Of a DNA stretch of 64,000 bases, positions 11,377 to 23,247 are shown one piece after another. The notes beneath the pieces are model-generated. The model saw only the letters and a program-made list of their open reading frames with translations. It searched no databases and was not told where the DNA came from. A program made the translations under genes and the position numbers. Every line of letters begins with the position of its first letter. Within the stretch, counting starts at the first letter, position 1. Source of the DNA: Utricularia gibba (taxonomy: Eukaryota; Plantae; Magnoliophyta); the NCBI GenBank assembly GCA_002189035.1, contig NEEC01000013.1, positions 3,038,001-3,102,000 of the forward strand, read 5' to 3'.

Positions 11377-14300
11377 ATGGCATTTCAATCTATTATGGCA
11401 AATATATTCTTCGGTGGAAATATCCAAGAATATCACAACGGATATCGGGCATATGATCAACCTCCAATCGCTATTACGAGCTTCGAAAGTCATATATCAT
11501 TGGATGAATTGAAGAGTCAATTATCATCATTTTGCGGTTTACAAGTTGATCGATATGAAATAATAGTTTATGCACAATATTATGATTCAACTTCAAATTC
11601 TACAAGATTCATGGGGCTTGGATCAGATGTTGATTTGCTATATGTTTTCAATCCATTACATGCCGCAATGGGTGTTGATCTATTTGTTGAGGCTACATTG
11701 ATACCGGAAGAAGAAAACAATCCTAATTTCAATATTAACAATCCTTTACAAGATGTGGAGGAGGATCAGCAATACGGTATTTATTTTTTAAAATTTTTCT
11801 ATTATGATTTACGTAATTTTTATTAGAATAATTCAAAGTTTCATAATTTATGAAATTATTGATGAAAATATTGGCCTAACTTTTATCTCAAGTAGGAAGT
11901 TACATTTTTTTTTTAGTTATTTACACTTTTTCGAAATAATTAATAAATTTATTTACATATCTCTTTATCAATATTATTTATAGAATATGATTTAGAAAGA
12001 AGAGAATAAAATGATCATTTGTTCGATAGTATGCCTCAATATGATACTGACTACGATGAACAAGGACAAGAAACCAATGAAAATGAGGAGTTGATTGATG
12101 AATTCTCTGAAGGATGGGTTCCACGAGGATTTATTGCCAATGAGGGTCGATTAAATAATTGGTCAGAATATATACCTGATCCCTTATATCTGATGCCTTC
12201 ACCATTCACAAAAAACCAACAGTTTGGTTCTAAATTGACATTTCTCAATGCGGTCACTCAGTATTCAGTAAAAGTTGGCCGTGAGTTCTCTGTGTACAAA
12301 ACAAATGAAGAAAAACATCTTGAATTGAGATGTTATCAGAAGGCATCTCAAATGTGCAATTGGAGGATTCGATGTGCTTATCATAAACACCTTGATTTAT
12401 GGAAGATAACTGCATTGGAGGAGCCACATACAATGCCAGCGTCTTGGACCAAACGCACTCTCACATAGGAATATTGGAAATGATTATATTGCTGAAATAG
12501 CTAGACCACTATTAGAAGAAGATGTCACAACTAAGGTGAAGGTTATCCAGACATTGATTAAAAGGGATACATGATTTACAGTGCCATACCATCGAGCATG
12601 GTATGGTATTCGAAAAGCATTTGAACTTGTTTATGGCACATGGGAGTCATCAATACCTCTACTACCTGCATTTCTACAAGAAGTTCAGACACAAAATCCC
12701 GGAACCATTGTCGTCTACAGATACAAAGAAACCAATGCTTCCGACATTAAAACACTCAAGTACGTATTTTGGGCTTTTGGACCATGTATTCATGCTTATC
12801 AATGGACTCGGCCTGTTATCACAGTAGATGGAACACATCTCTACTCAAAGTTCAATCACAAGTTATTGATTGCCGTAACTGTAGATGCTTGTGGCCTTCT
12901 TCTACCTCTTGCATTTGCAGTGGTTGATAGCGAAAATGATGAATCTTGGTTATGGTTTATTCGGCTGCTCGGTCACTATGTTGTTGCAGGACGAGGGACA
13001 TGTCTTATATCAGATCGATGTAGTTCAATTCAAAAAGCATCGTCTCAAGTGATGCCTTTCAAACCAGAATATGGTGGATGTCATCGGCATTGTATACGAC
13101 ATCTACGATCTAATTTTCTCACTCATTTTCGTACCGAGGGACTTAGGGAGAAATTCAATCAAGCGGTATATGCTACATCCATCGAAAAATTTGAAAAATA
13201 CATGATTGGAATTCAAAAACTCAATTACGCAGCTTGGGAGTATTTGAATAAATTACCTCGAGAAATATGGACATTTGCTTATGATGGAGGTGCTAGGTAT
13301 TTATTTAATTTCTTTTAATATATACATTTTAATTAAATTCACTTAATATATGAATATAATTTTTAAATTTAATTTTAGGTGTGGTACCTTAACAACAAAT
13401 CATGTTGAAGGATTAAATGGAATATTAAAAGAAGCAAGACATCTTCCTTTGACATCATTAGTACAGGTATTATTATAAATTTTAAAGGATATATATATTG
13501 TCTATATCTAAAAAATATACTATTTAATATATGTAGGCTACTTATACTAGATGCCAACATTATTTTTCTGAGAGACAAGAGAAAGCAATCAATTTACGAC
13601 ATAAACACATCGAATATGCGGATCAACCAGGGAAACTATATGCACATTGTGATAAGCCCATCCCACATGCAAAGATCCAAGTTATCGATGCTGCACAATC
13701 AAAGGTTCGAGTTATAACTCGTAAAAAGAACGGGAAAAATAAAAGCTACATTGTTATGGTTCAAGATGGAATATGTGAGTGCAGAAAATGGCAAAATTTT
13801 GGCGTACCATGCTCTCATGCACAACATGTATGTCTATTTTATTTATTTTATTAATTTGTATATTATTAACCCTATCATAAATTTATATACAGGCATGCAA
13901 GCGACTCAATATTGATCCTCGTAGTATTATTAATCCAATGATGCATCTCGATCGTCAAATAGCAGCATATGAAGTTCAAATTCAAGCATTACGATCTGAA
14001 GAAAGATGGGCACCACCAGCATTTACCTTGATGCATGATCCAGATCGAAAAAAAGATGTTCGAGTAGGTCGTCCTGAATCTAGAAGACATCTAATGCCTA
14101 TGGATTTCCAAGCAAGTGGATCATCACACAATAGAGCACGTAGAGATTCTGCTTTACTTGAAGATTTAAGCTACGAATCACCTCCACCGGTACATCGATC
14201 TTCTGTTGATCTTCCATCCCAACCTGCATATGGAAATATTGAAGTACGTCCACGATCTTCAATGCACAATCCACCTACTGGATGGAATTATACAGCGAGC

Positions 14301-14390
14301 GAAATTGGACAATCTTCAAGTAATTCTTCACAACAAAGTAGTTCAATCATTCATAATTTTTTAAGTAGATTTAGACGAAGCAAATGTTAA
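11377..14390 (+). pseudogene. MuDRA-like transposase (MuDR, MULE and SWIM domains), disrupted
   Basis: 12019-12468 has the MuDR N-terminal region (LRCYQKASQMCNWRIRC..EEPHT). Frame breaks near 12430-12470 and an in-frame TGA at 12572-12574. MULE domain 12581-13297 (KYVFWAF, RPVITVDGTHLYSKF, CLISDR, HRHCIRHL). SWIM finger CECRKWQNFGVPCSH near 13775-13820. AT-rich GT-AG introns. Confidence 0.88.
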
Positions 14391-14681
14391 ATGTAAAATA
14401 ATTTATATTGTATTTTATTATTTTAAACAATAAATTTGATAATTATTTATATATTTTGAAATAAATTTATTCAAATTAATATTTTAAAAATAATTTATCA
14501 AATTTTATAAAAAAAATACGTATAGAAAAGATTAAAAAGCTTTTTAAATATTTAAATATTTAAATATTTTTTGAATAACTTAAAATATTTCGAAAATATT
14601 GTAATTTATAAATTTTAGACATTATTTATATATCTTAACTACTATTATTTTATATTATTTTAATAAAGAATATAATTTTTT

Positions 14682-14781
14682 TAAAAAAAATAGAGACGAT
14701 GGCCAGTTTTATAAAGAATTACACACAGTGGCCACTTTTCTCACACACATGTGAGAGGGTGGCCACTTTTCTAATAAACTC
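14682..14781 (-). repeat. MULE right terminal inverted repeat
   Basis: Reverse complement begins GAGTTTATTAGAAAAGTGGCCA and has two further TGGCCA motifs at similar spacing to the left end; inner boundary approximate. Confidence 0.85.
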
Positions 14782-15314
14782 GGGGTTTTTCCGCCTTTGC
14801 ACATTAGGTTTGTAAATGGCTTCTTCTCATTGGAAAAGATTCTTCTTCCTCTCGCGCTCGTTGTGGACCACATGCTAAGCCCATTTGGGCCAACAGGCCG
14901 GTCCAACTGAAAATGGCTGCTGGCTTTCCTTCCCCCGGCCCCAAGCTGCACTATTTGCGTCCCTCAAAACTAAAATATAATTATAAATTATCACAAGCAC
15001 TTTGGAATTGTAATTTAATTAATTATGAATCCGAATTATTGTGTAACTAAAAAGGTGTTCCAAATATGTATTTATTATATTAAAATGATGATTGATTAAA
15101 AAAATCAAAGATTTTGGGGTTTTACGAAAGAGACAGGTTTGGATAAAGGGGGGGGTTGATTAGATTGACGTGGGGCCTCATTAAAAAAAGGAGTAAAAAA
15201 GCAATATGATAAGTTGGATGAGTCACCCACTTTTGCTCTGCTCGTCCAATCCATGCACTGCGCTGCCCATAATTATTGCGAGAAGACCCACGTCCGCGTT
15301 ATCCTGCCTTTCGC

Positions 15315-15316
<2 letters not shown>

Positions 15317-15350
<34 letters not shown>
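15317..15350. repeat. (TG)n microsatellite
   Basis: About 17 TG units seen directly. Confidence 0.95.
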
Positions 15351-15353
<3 letters not shown>

Positions 15354-15583
15354 TCACAGTCCACATACATGCACATCACCTTTCAAACCAGGCGACTCAA
15401 GAGATCGCTTGGTTTGCCACCGCCCGGATGATGGTTTCAAGAGACACGAGCGGTTCAACGCCCACATCAGATGACTCCACCCAAACCACCAGCTCCAAGG
15501 CGCATCCCTGCTGCTGCTGCTGCGTTGACCAACAAAGGAGCCGTTCCGCTTGCCCATTTAAAAACCCCTAAAACGCCACGCAT

Positions 15584-15858
15584 TTTTGTGCGGTTCAGAG
15601 CCAGACGTAGAGCGGGGGGAGCTCCCGTGTTAACCATGGTTAGTTTGATTATTGTATAGGTAGGGAGGGCACGCCTGGTTCCAGCGTCCAGTCAGTCGGC
15701 GCAGCCCCGTTGACGAAGCAGGAGGCCCTTATCCGATCTAAAGGGGGCAGGTATTTGTGTGGATCATAACCAGCTGTAGAGTGGGTAGCTCCCATTGGTC
15801 ACCTTCTTAACCATGGTTGCTTTGACTGTGACATTATAGCATAAGTAGGCCACGCCTG
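15584..15858. other. Diverged tandem duplicate of a ~100-nt element (possible structured ncRNA pair or paired uORFs)
   Basis: Copies at about 15584-15678 and 15753-15858 share TTTGTG.GG.TCA.A.CCAG, GTAGAG.GGG, AGCTCCC, TAACCATGGTT, TTTGA and CACGCCTG. Confidence 0.55.
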
Positions 15859-16028
15859 CAGTACACCTCCGATCACTCAGTTCAGTCCTCGTCGTCTTCG
15901 GCTGCAGGTTCAGTTTTTTTTTCCCCTTTTTTGTTTCTGTGGCAGCTAATCCTCTACTGCCTGCCTTTTTCTGCCATGGAAAATTCGTGATCGCTGAGTG
16001 TTTTGCGATTTGGGGTTGTGTTTGAAGG

Positions 16029-18001
16029 ATGAGTAAGGGGTGCGATGAAGCCATCTCCCAGCTCAAAAAGCTTCTCAGGTACCATTCATTACGCATATGC
16101 AAGTAACAGCAATCTTGGTTTCTTTCTCCCCCCACTTGCGGTGGCTAGCAACTTATGGAATAGACACTGTGGGCTACCGGTTCAATGTCCCGGTTCACGT
16201 GATGCTCTTGAATCTCTCTCATCCTTCAGTCACTTCTCTGTATATTCAGACGTTATTCATGTTATATTATCTTGAATTAAAATTAATTTTTTTTAAAAAA
16301 ATCATGAATAATATTTGAAGCTTGATCCTGATTGGGCACTGACCGGGTAGTTTTGAAAAATAACCATCGTCCCCATCTCTCTCTCACACTAATACCATTT
16401 TTGTTTCTCACACACTAGATATAGTACGGTCAGATTTCAAAATAACCCCACCGACCGCAGTAGTATTAGTCTGTCTCTCTTCAGCCAGAAAAGCATTTGG
16501 TTTCGTGTTAAGAAAGCTTAATGCAGTGAGAAGAAAGAGCTGGCCGCCGAAGCGGCGGCGAAGGTGAGGAGCCTTACGGAGGAATTGTCGCTCGCGACGG
16601 GTGAGAAGACTTCCGATGCGGTTGCGCGGATCCATTCCGGCTTTCATCATTTCAAGAAAGAGAAATACGAGTAAGTCGTTATTAACCGAGAGACCCTAGA
16701 AAACTCATCTCGTAGGCGCATGGACTTTCCTCAGCCTGATAACGAATGGCACAGGATTACTGTAGATGACGATCGCAACGTATCAGTTTCATTTTGATAA
16801 CGTTTTAGTGCATATTTCGCAGGAAGAATCCAGATCTGTATGGCGAACTCGCGAAAGGTCAAAGCCCTAAGGTACTGCTATGTTTCAACTGCTTTTTTTT
16901 TTTTTTTTTTTACCATGGCAGTGATTCTAAACAATTTCTAATTCGTTTGGCTAACTTATTCTATGAAGTTTATGGTATTCGCCTGTTCCGATTCCCGTGT
17001 GTGCCCTTCCCACGTTCTAAACTTTCACCCCGGGGAGGCGTTTGTGGTCAGGAACATTGCTAATATGGTTCCACCATATGACAAGGTAATTCGTAATTAC
17101 CTGTTTAACTAACACCAGCCTAGGTTTGCTTACTTGTGATTTAGCTTACACCTACGCTTAATTCTTCGTAGAATAAGTATTCTGGAGCTGGATCTGCAAT
17201 TGAATATGCAGTGCTTCATCTGAAGGTGTCTTTTAATTTTTAATCTGCCGGCATGTTTTCGAGTCTCTCTTCTTATAAGCCAGCAGCTATTGGGTGTCAT
17301 ACGATCAAGTGTTTAGTTTAAAAAACAAATGAGGAAACCTTTAGGTGGAGAACATACTGGTGCTTGGGCATAGCGCCTGTGGAGGGATCAAGGGTCTGAT
17401 GTCCATTCCTGATGATGGAACTACCAAAAGGTTAGCAACACAGTTTTGGTTCCTGTATTAGTTGTTTGGGCTAGGCTGGTGTTTAGCTCCTTTATGTTGG
17501 TATGAATAACTGTTTACTCTGTTTTTAGCATACATGCATGTGCTGATAGTCATCTTTCTTATCGATCAATCCAAGTCTAGACGATCTACCATTTCCCTTA
17601 AAATCTCACAACATGAACTGATATTTTTTTGGATATGCAGTGATTTCATTGAACAATGGGTGAGCATTGGCAATCCTGCCAAGGCCAAGGTGCAGGCAAA
17701 CTTCGAAACTAAGGATTTTGCTGAAAAGTGCTCTCTTCTAGAGAAGGTAGTCATGTCATTAGCGATGTGCTTGCTAACGTTTCAGAGAATGCTTTTCAAT
17801 CTTTCGTGGCCTCATGTGTTGTTTCCTATGTAACAGGAGTCTGTGAATGTCTCACTTGCAAATCTGTTGACTTATCCATTCGTGAGGGAAGGTTTGTTGA
17901 AGAAAACTCTTAGCTTGAAGGGAGGGCACTATGACTTCATCAAAGGTTCCTTGGAGATCTGGAACCTTGACTTTAGCCTCTACCCTGTTGTATCGGCTTA
18001 A
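16029..18001 (+). CDS. Beta-carbonic anhydrase (cytosolic betaCA2/4-like)
   Basis: Exons 16029-16078 ([16 protein letters not shown]), 16527-16670, 16823-16871, 16969-17085 ([36 protein letters not shown]), 17172-17225, 17345-17430 ([12 protein letters not shown]), 17641-17746, 17837-18001 (LKGGHYDF). Zn ligands intact. An acceptor just before the ATG suggests an upstream exon. Confidence 0.96.
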
Positions 18002-18959
18002 GGGGTCATTCAACATGGATGATGTTATGCTTGAGAGAAAAGCGTATGTGACTCCAGGAATAAGGTTTCTCTCTCTTATCTTTATGTTCAATGGACGTTT
18101 TGCATGTTTGTGGCGCCATACTTGGCGTTCCCTACCATGAATTTACATGCCGATTCACTTGAATATTTGTGATTGCACCTGATGAGTGTTCTGCGGTATG
18201 AAGAAGGAAAGAATTTCACTAACGAGGCTCTTTGAAAATGGTAATGCTGGAGGCTTGTATGTGGTTTTTTTGTTTTTTTTTTGTTTTTAAAAAACTGTTT
18301 CCTGAGTTCTGAGGTCCTATGTCAACTACCTCTGTTATATGTATCGTGAGACTGAAGGTGAAAGCAAATATTATCACGCCACCGGATATAGGAATATATA
18401 GTAACCCTTAGGCTAATTTTTTGTATTGCGATGTTGGATGATTGCTTCACTTTAGTTTTTTGCCCTTAGGATAGTGTAATGTAGCCTTGACTCTTAGGTG
18501 TGTATCTGGGTTTCTGATTATGCATATCTTCCATCACTTTCTTGATTGTCATGGAGGCTCCTGCACAGTTACTGTTGGTATAGGGAACCTGGTCTGTAGT
18601 TTGCTAGTCTTGCATTTGGTCACGATGCTGTAAGTGATGTTTTAGTATCCACACGTGCAGGAAATTTTCCCTTTTTGTATGCGATGATTTACATACACAT
18701 ACCAGCAAGCGTAGATGCCACTTGCTATATGTTGCATGCCGTTCGATTTCGTGTGTTTGTCTATAAGAAAAAATCTCATCTACAGTTCAGCCATTATAAT
18801 ATGCTCTATACTTGTTGCCTGGATTTCTTCAAGATTTGCTACGTGTTGGCTCGCTTCAGTGGTTATGCTTGAGCATGTATGAAAAGCCCTCAACTAGATT
18901 ATCCAGGGTAATATGTAGACTCTTGGCCGATTTCTGTGGGCTTTAAATTATTAATATAT

Positions 18960-19203
18960 TATTTTTAGGCCCATTATTTACGGGTTCCTTTTCAACAGGC
19001 CCCGTACGTGGGACTAGACATATTTATACGGCATCAGTATTTCCTATAAGCCCATTCCCTGTTATTTTAGGCCGGTTATTTTTCGAAAGGCCCATTCCTC
19101 GAGCCGACGATTTTTCGGCCCACCTATCGGGCCAATTGCGTCACGTTTATTATGGGCTTTTTGTGTAACGGTTAACATAAGCCTGGGCCGATTGTTTATA
19201 TAG
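18960..19203. promoter_or_regulatory. Cluster of site II-like (GGCCCA/TGGGCY) motifs plus a TATA-like element
   Basis: GGCCCA/AGCCCA/TGGGC motifs near 18968, 19050, 19090, 19117, 19153 and 19184; TTTATATAG at about 19195-19203. Confidence 0.4.
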
Positions 19204-20381
19204 TCGTCCTGGTGCGCGTGAACAAACTTTTTAGACACTGAATTTCATGTACTTTTTTCTTAACCATTTTTACAATGGACTTCTACGACAACCTCAAAAC
19301 TATTTGAACCGAGAAGACGATAATCGATTATTGGGAGGAGGAACATTAGGTCCTTGTACTAAACACTTGTCGGTGATATTTAAACACTCTTAAAGGCAAG
19401 AAATAAACAAAACAAGGCAAAACGAAAGAAGATTAAAACGGGATGAAATATTTGAACTATTTGATAAGATGAGGCATCAAGAAACGAACCAGGCCCAACA
19501 GAGGAAAATACCATTTCCAGGTCGAGTTCCTTTTTCCAAAGTTTAAAACGCATACGAGTAGAAACAGAGCATGTACCTTAAAACCTGAAGAGCAACTGGG
19601 AAAAACAAAATTTGTTGAAGGACAATGAAGAAAGCGAACAATTAACAGGACAATCAAATCTTGTTTTAGCTTAGTACCACTGATCACGGGTTTGGCCAAC
19701 CGTCGAAAATGTATGGACAGTTCCCATCAAAGTCAATAAAGATTTATTCCAGAAGACTTTTGTTTTATACGTGCGTGAGAAGTATTAAGAACTCTTACCA
19801 GCAGCCGCAAAGTAATAGGCACATCTATTGCGTCTCTGCCGGACTCCATAGGAATACCACCCACCGGTTGACCTAAGAATAGCAACAGCAAAAAGGACAA
19901 GTTAGAATAGAAGACATGAACAACGTCAAACAAAAAGTCCTCATAGGGAATTCGACTACCAGACACGTTAGGATTAAGACTTGATGATGTAGACCCTGAA
20001 TTTTTAAGATTTTGTGATTTTTTATATTGAAACCTGGAAGATGCATGCTTCTAGAACCAGGCGCCCTTTCATACCTTCTCATCTCATCCTCGGTTGGTGT
20101 TGTGGAAAATCTAGAACGAGACACAATTTCTAATCAACTCCTGACTCTTTTTTCTAATCATCCTAAACCCTTTTCACATTTTTATCATCTTTCGACGACA
20201 CGTACCACAGTTTCTAACGCTACACCATCAGGGGCGCCTGATTTTAACCTTTACTGAATGTTTTCTAGCTTCCGCACCTATATTATGGGCTTTTCATTTC
20301 ATCCCCTACGGGATTCACAAAAAACGGGGAAGCAAAATACCAGAGCACACTTCTCAACCATCCCCAAATGAAGGTATTCTC

Positions 20382-21200
20382 ATGGTAGAGAGGCAGGGGA
20401 GTATGGAAAAAGGTCGGATCCTGGATAATGATCTAAACGAGATTAGCAGTTATCTCATGGAGCGCCTCAATATTGGGGAAGAGTTGAGAGGTGATACGAG
20501 TAAGGAAGGTTTTCATGTCGATGGAGAAGGCGAAGGACGACAGGGAGGAGAAAAGGACGAGACAGTGAGGGAACGGGAGGAGCAGCAGGAGGAAGAAGAA
20601 GAAGAAGAAGAAGAATTCTCTTTCATTACCGCAGTATCGGGGACTCACCTGATAGCGCCGGGGGACGGGATGTTCAAGCCAATATTCCCGTTGTTCGACC
20701 GCAGTTTACTCTTATCTAACCAGGAATCGGTTAAGAACCAGCCGTTGACGAAGATATTCGTCGAAAAGGGGAACCTCACAACGTTGCCATCGCCAGAAAG
20801 CAACGAAGCGGTAGGACCTTACTGCGAGTTGTTCAGTCGAAAGGCGGTGGGAGTTTCTCACCAGATCTGCAAGAAGAGCAATTCCACAGGTTTTTCAAAG
20901 ATTAGGCGGATCAAGAAGTTCGTCGGTAGATCCAACAGCGACGGAAAACATGTGCTTGTTTTTCTGAAAAACAAAGCAGATTCATCTACCGTACCGAAGC
21001 AGAAAACAGGGAAATCATGCAGAAATTCGACAAACAAAGAGCAGAATAAAACGTCACGCATGTCCGCTCACGAGCTGTACCTGAGAAGTAAGGCGAGGGA
21101 CGAAGAGCGGCAGCGTTCGCGTCTGCAGTACCGACCGGAGTTCATGGGAATCTTCACGAACATTAACGCCGTCTTGTCAAAAAATGTACATCCCTTTTGA
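20382..21200 (+). CDS. DUF1645-family protein, intronless, 272 aa
   Basis: Acidic tract EEEEEEFSF, PIFPLFDRSLL, CKKSNSTGFSK..RSNSDGK and C-terminal MSAHE..Y..NVHPF are typical of DUF1645 proteins. Confidence 0.85.
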   Translation: MVERQGSMEKGRILDNDLNEISSYLMERLNIGEELRGDTSKEGFHVDGEGEGRQGGEKDETVREREEQQEEEEEEEEEFSFITAVSGTHLIAPGDGMFKPIFPLFDRSLLLSNQESVKNQPLTKIFVEKGNLTTLPSPESNEAVGPYCELFSRKAVGVSHQICKKSNSTGFSKIRRIKKFVGRSNSDGKHVLVFLKNKADSSTVPKQKTGKSCRNSTNKEQNKTSRMSAHELYLRSKARDEERQRSRLQYRPEFMGIFTNINAVLSKNVHPF

Positions 21201-22038
21201 AACAACAACGTTTCTTCCTGTTCCTTCGTCTTCGAACAATCCGCCAGTACATGTTCAATTAGATTTTCTTCTAGTTTTCACAGGAAACCACAAAAGGGCC
21301 ATATCTATATCTCAAACAACGCCGTACAGACAGAGGAAATAATCAATATCACACACTAAAATTCTAAACAAAACGAGATCTACACTAACCGCTAAGAAAC
21401 CAAAACTTTCTCCAGAAAGTTCGATGGAGTGCCTTGGAACAGGGAACGTCATTACATCTTCCTTCTCCACACACGCATCGTATTCCACAGTTTCACCTCT
21501 TTTCGAACCGTGAATAAGGATTAGGTTATAATCCAAGAATAAACTCGGTGAAACGCAAGACGCTCACTGGTAAACTTCCTTCGAAGACGACTACAGACAT
21601 CGCATCACTCGCCCATGGCGACCGGAAGGACATCGCATCACTCGCAGCGCGCGAGTTAGTGAATCACCGAAGACGACTACAGACAGCTGTGCTGGTTACT
21701 TGCGGGCCTTTTGTAGGGGCCCAATGTCGATGAGCTGCCATTCAATTTACGTTTTTACCCCCACGAATATTTACATGCATATAGATTGGTTGGGCCGGGC
21801 GGAGGAGGACTTCCACAACATAGACACTGTATTCATAATCGCAGGACAAGCACAGTACGTGCTTGAGGCTGCTAGCAGACCAGGACGGAAAAATACATAT
21901 TCATACTTTCCCTGAGACACAGCACCAAAAACCGGCCAAGTGGCCTACAAAACACAAACACGCGAGATGAGCATGACATAGACATAACCAGAGCCTGGGG
22001 CTTAGCATTTCCAGCTGCAGGGAATTTGATTGTGGAGT

Positions 22039-23247
22039 TCACGCAGCAGATGGAGCCGGAATGTAAGAAACCGCTGGTTCTGGAAGAGAGGCCAAGATGG
22101 CCGGCTTGGAGGCGGAGTCCACACCCTTGTAGTCAAGAGATGCATCGTCGTAGACATCGAACCATTTCTTCACCAGCATTTTGATGTCATCTCTGTCCAT
22201 GTTGGCCTCCACGCCAGTGTACCTCCATGGCTTCGAGCCCTGCTCATCGTTCCAACTCATTATGGAATCTATGTAACTCTAGGATTGAATGAGATTTCTA
22301 GTTAGTTTACCGCAGCGCAGTAGTGAACAACTTCAACTTTCTCGAGCTCAACGTTTTCTGGATGGCGCCACAGCATCGCCAGGACGAGGTTGTAGATGAG
22401 CGGGATCGGCTTGTAGATTTTGTTGAAGAACATGTTCAGGAAGTCCTGTATTCATCTTTTTTTTTAGCATGATGGGAGCGCAGCATCCCATGGGGAATTC
22501 GTTTGAAAATGAAATTATGTACCTGCTCAGCGAAGGGCGTTGGTGGAGTGATCCGGAGCGTGGCAAGCAGATTCTCATAGGTTTCTTTACTGGGCTCATG
22601 AACGAACATGCCGGCGTTGAAGTAGAGTGGAGGAGGGGATCCCATCTCTGCCGGCCACGTCACCTTTTCGGGGCACTGCTGGCAGTAACCGATCTTGTAC
22701 TGCGGTGAGTGGCTCCAGGTTTTCTCACAGAAGCAGTCCATCACGGCGTAGAAGTAGCCGTCTGGGGTGTCGAAGAGATGGTCGATGTTGGCGTAGACTT
22801 GGATGTCAGCGTCGAGGTACACCATCTTCTTATACTCCACGAACTGGAAGAACAAATCATCGACTCATGAATGGACTCCATTCACTATTAGTATGATTAA
22901 TTCAAATGCGGACGTACGTTCCAAATACGGAGCTTGGAGTAGTTGATGACGTAGTAAGCCATGGCGAACTGAATCTGGTTCTCCGGTGGGTAAATGGGCT
23001 CGATCTCCCGGACGATGCATCCCTGAGATCGGAGAAGTTCGCGGTGCTCCTCGGGGACGTCCGGCAGAATGGCGACGACCAAGGGATAAGCGCTGTTGAC
23101 TTTTCTGAGACCCTTGGCGAGGCCAACGACTCCCTTGACGTAATCACCGTTGCCGGCCAAGAAAGTGACGTAGGCCTTGGTGGCGTCGGGGGCGGGGAGC
23201 ACCTTGGTGGCGGCGGAGATAGAATCGAGTGGTGCGACGGGGGCCAT
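22039..23247 (-). CDS. GolS: Galactinol synthase (GT8)
   Basis: Exons 23247-22918, 22843-22523, 22445-22311, 22239-22039. Motifs AYVTFLAGNGDYVKGVVGLAKGLRKV, YLDADIQV, FAEQDFLNMFF, HYCAAGSKPW and C-terminal APSAA. Confidence 0.97.

Larger units (their letters stand above)
10799..14781 (+). mobile_element. Mutator-like (MULE) DNA transposon, 3983 bp, with TIRs and 10-bp TSD
   Basis: Identical flanks GGGGTTTTTC at 10789-10798 and 14782-14791. Each end carries three similarly spaced AGAAAA[A/G]TGGCCA-type motifs in inverted orientation. AT-rich subterminal regions and an internal MuDRA-like transposase. Confidence 0.95.

Noticed and set aside
15458-15492. CCCACATC resembling the snRNA USE element, and TCAGATGACTCCACCCAAACC loosely resembling miR827
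   Set aside because: No TATA at USE spacing, no snRNA body and no complementary hairpin arm.
15206-15571. ORF with CVCVCV and CCCCC tracts, considered as a Cys-rich membrane anchor for beta-CA
   Set aside because: The Cys runs come from (TG)n and (CTG)n repeats, and no in-phase splice to the beta-CA exon was found.
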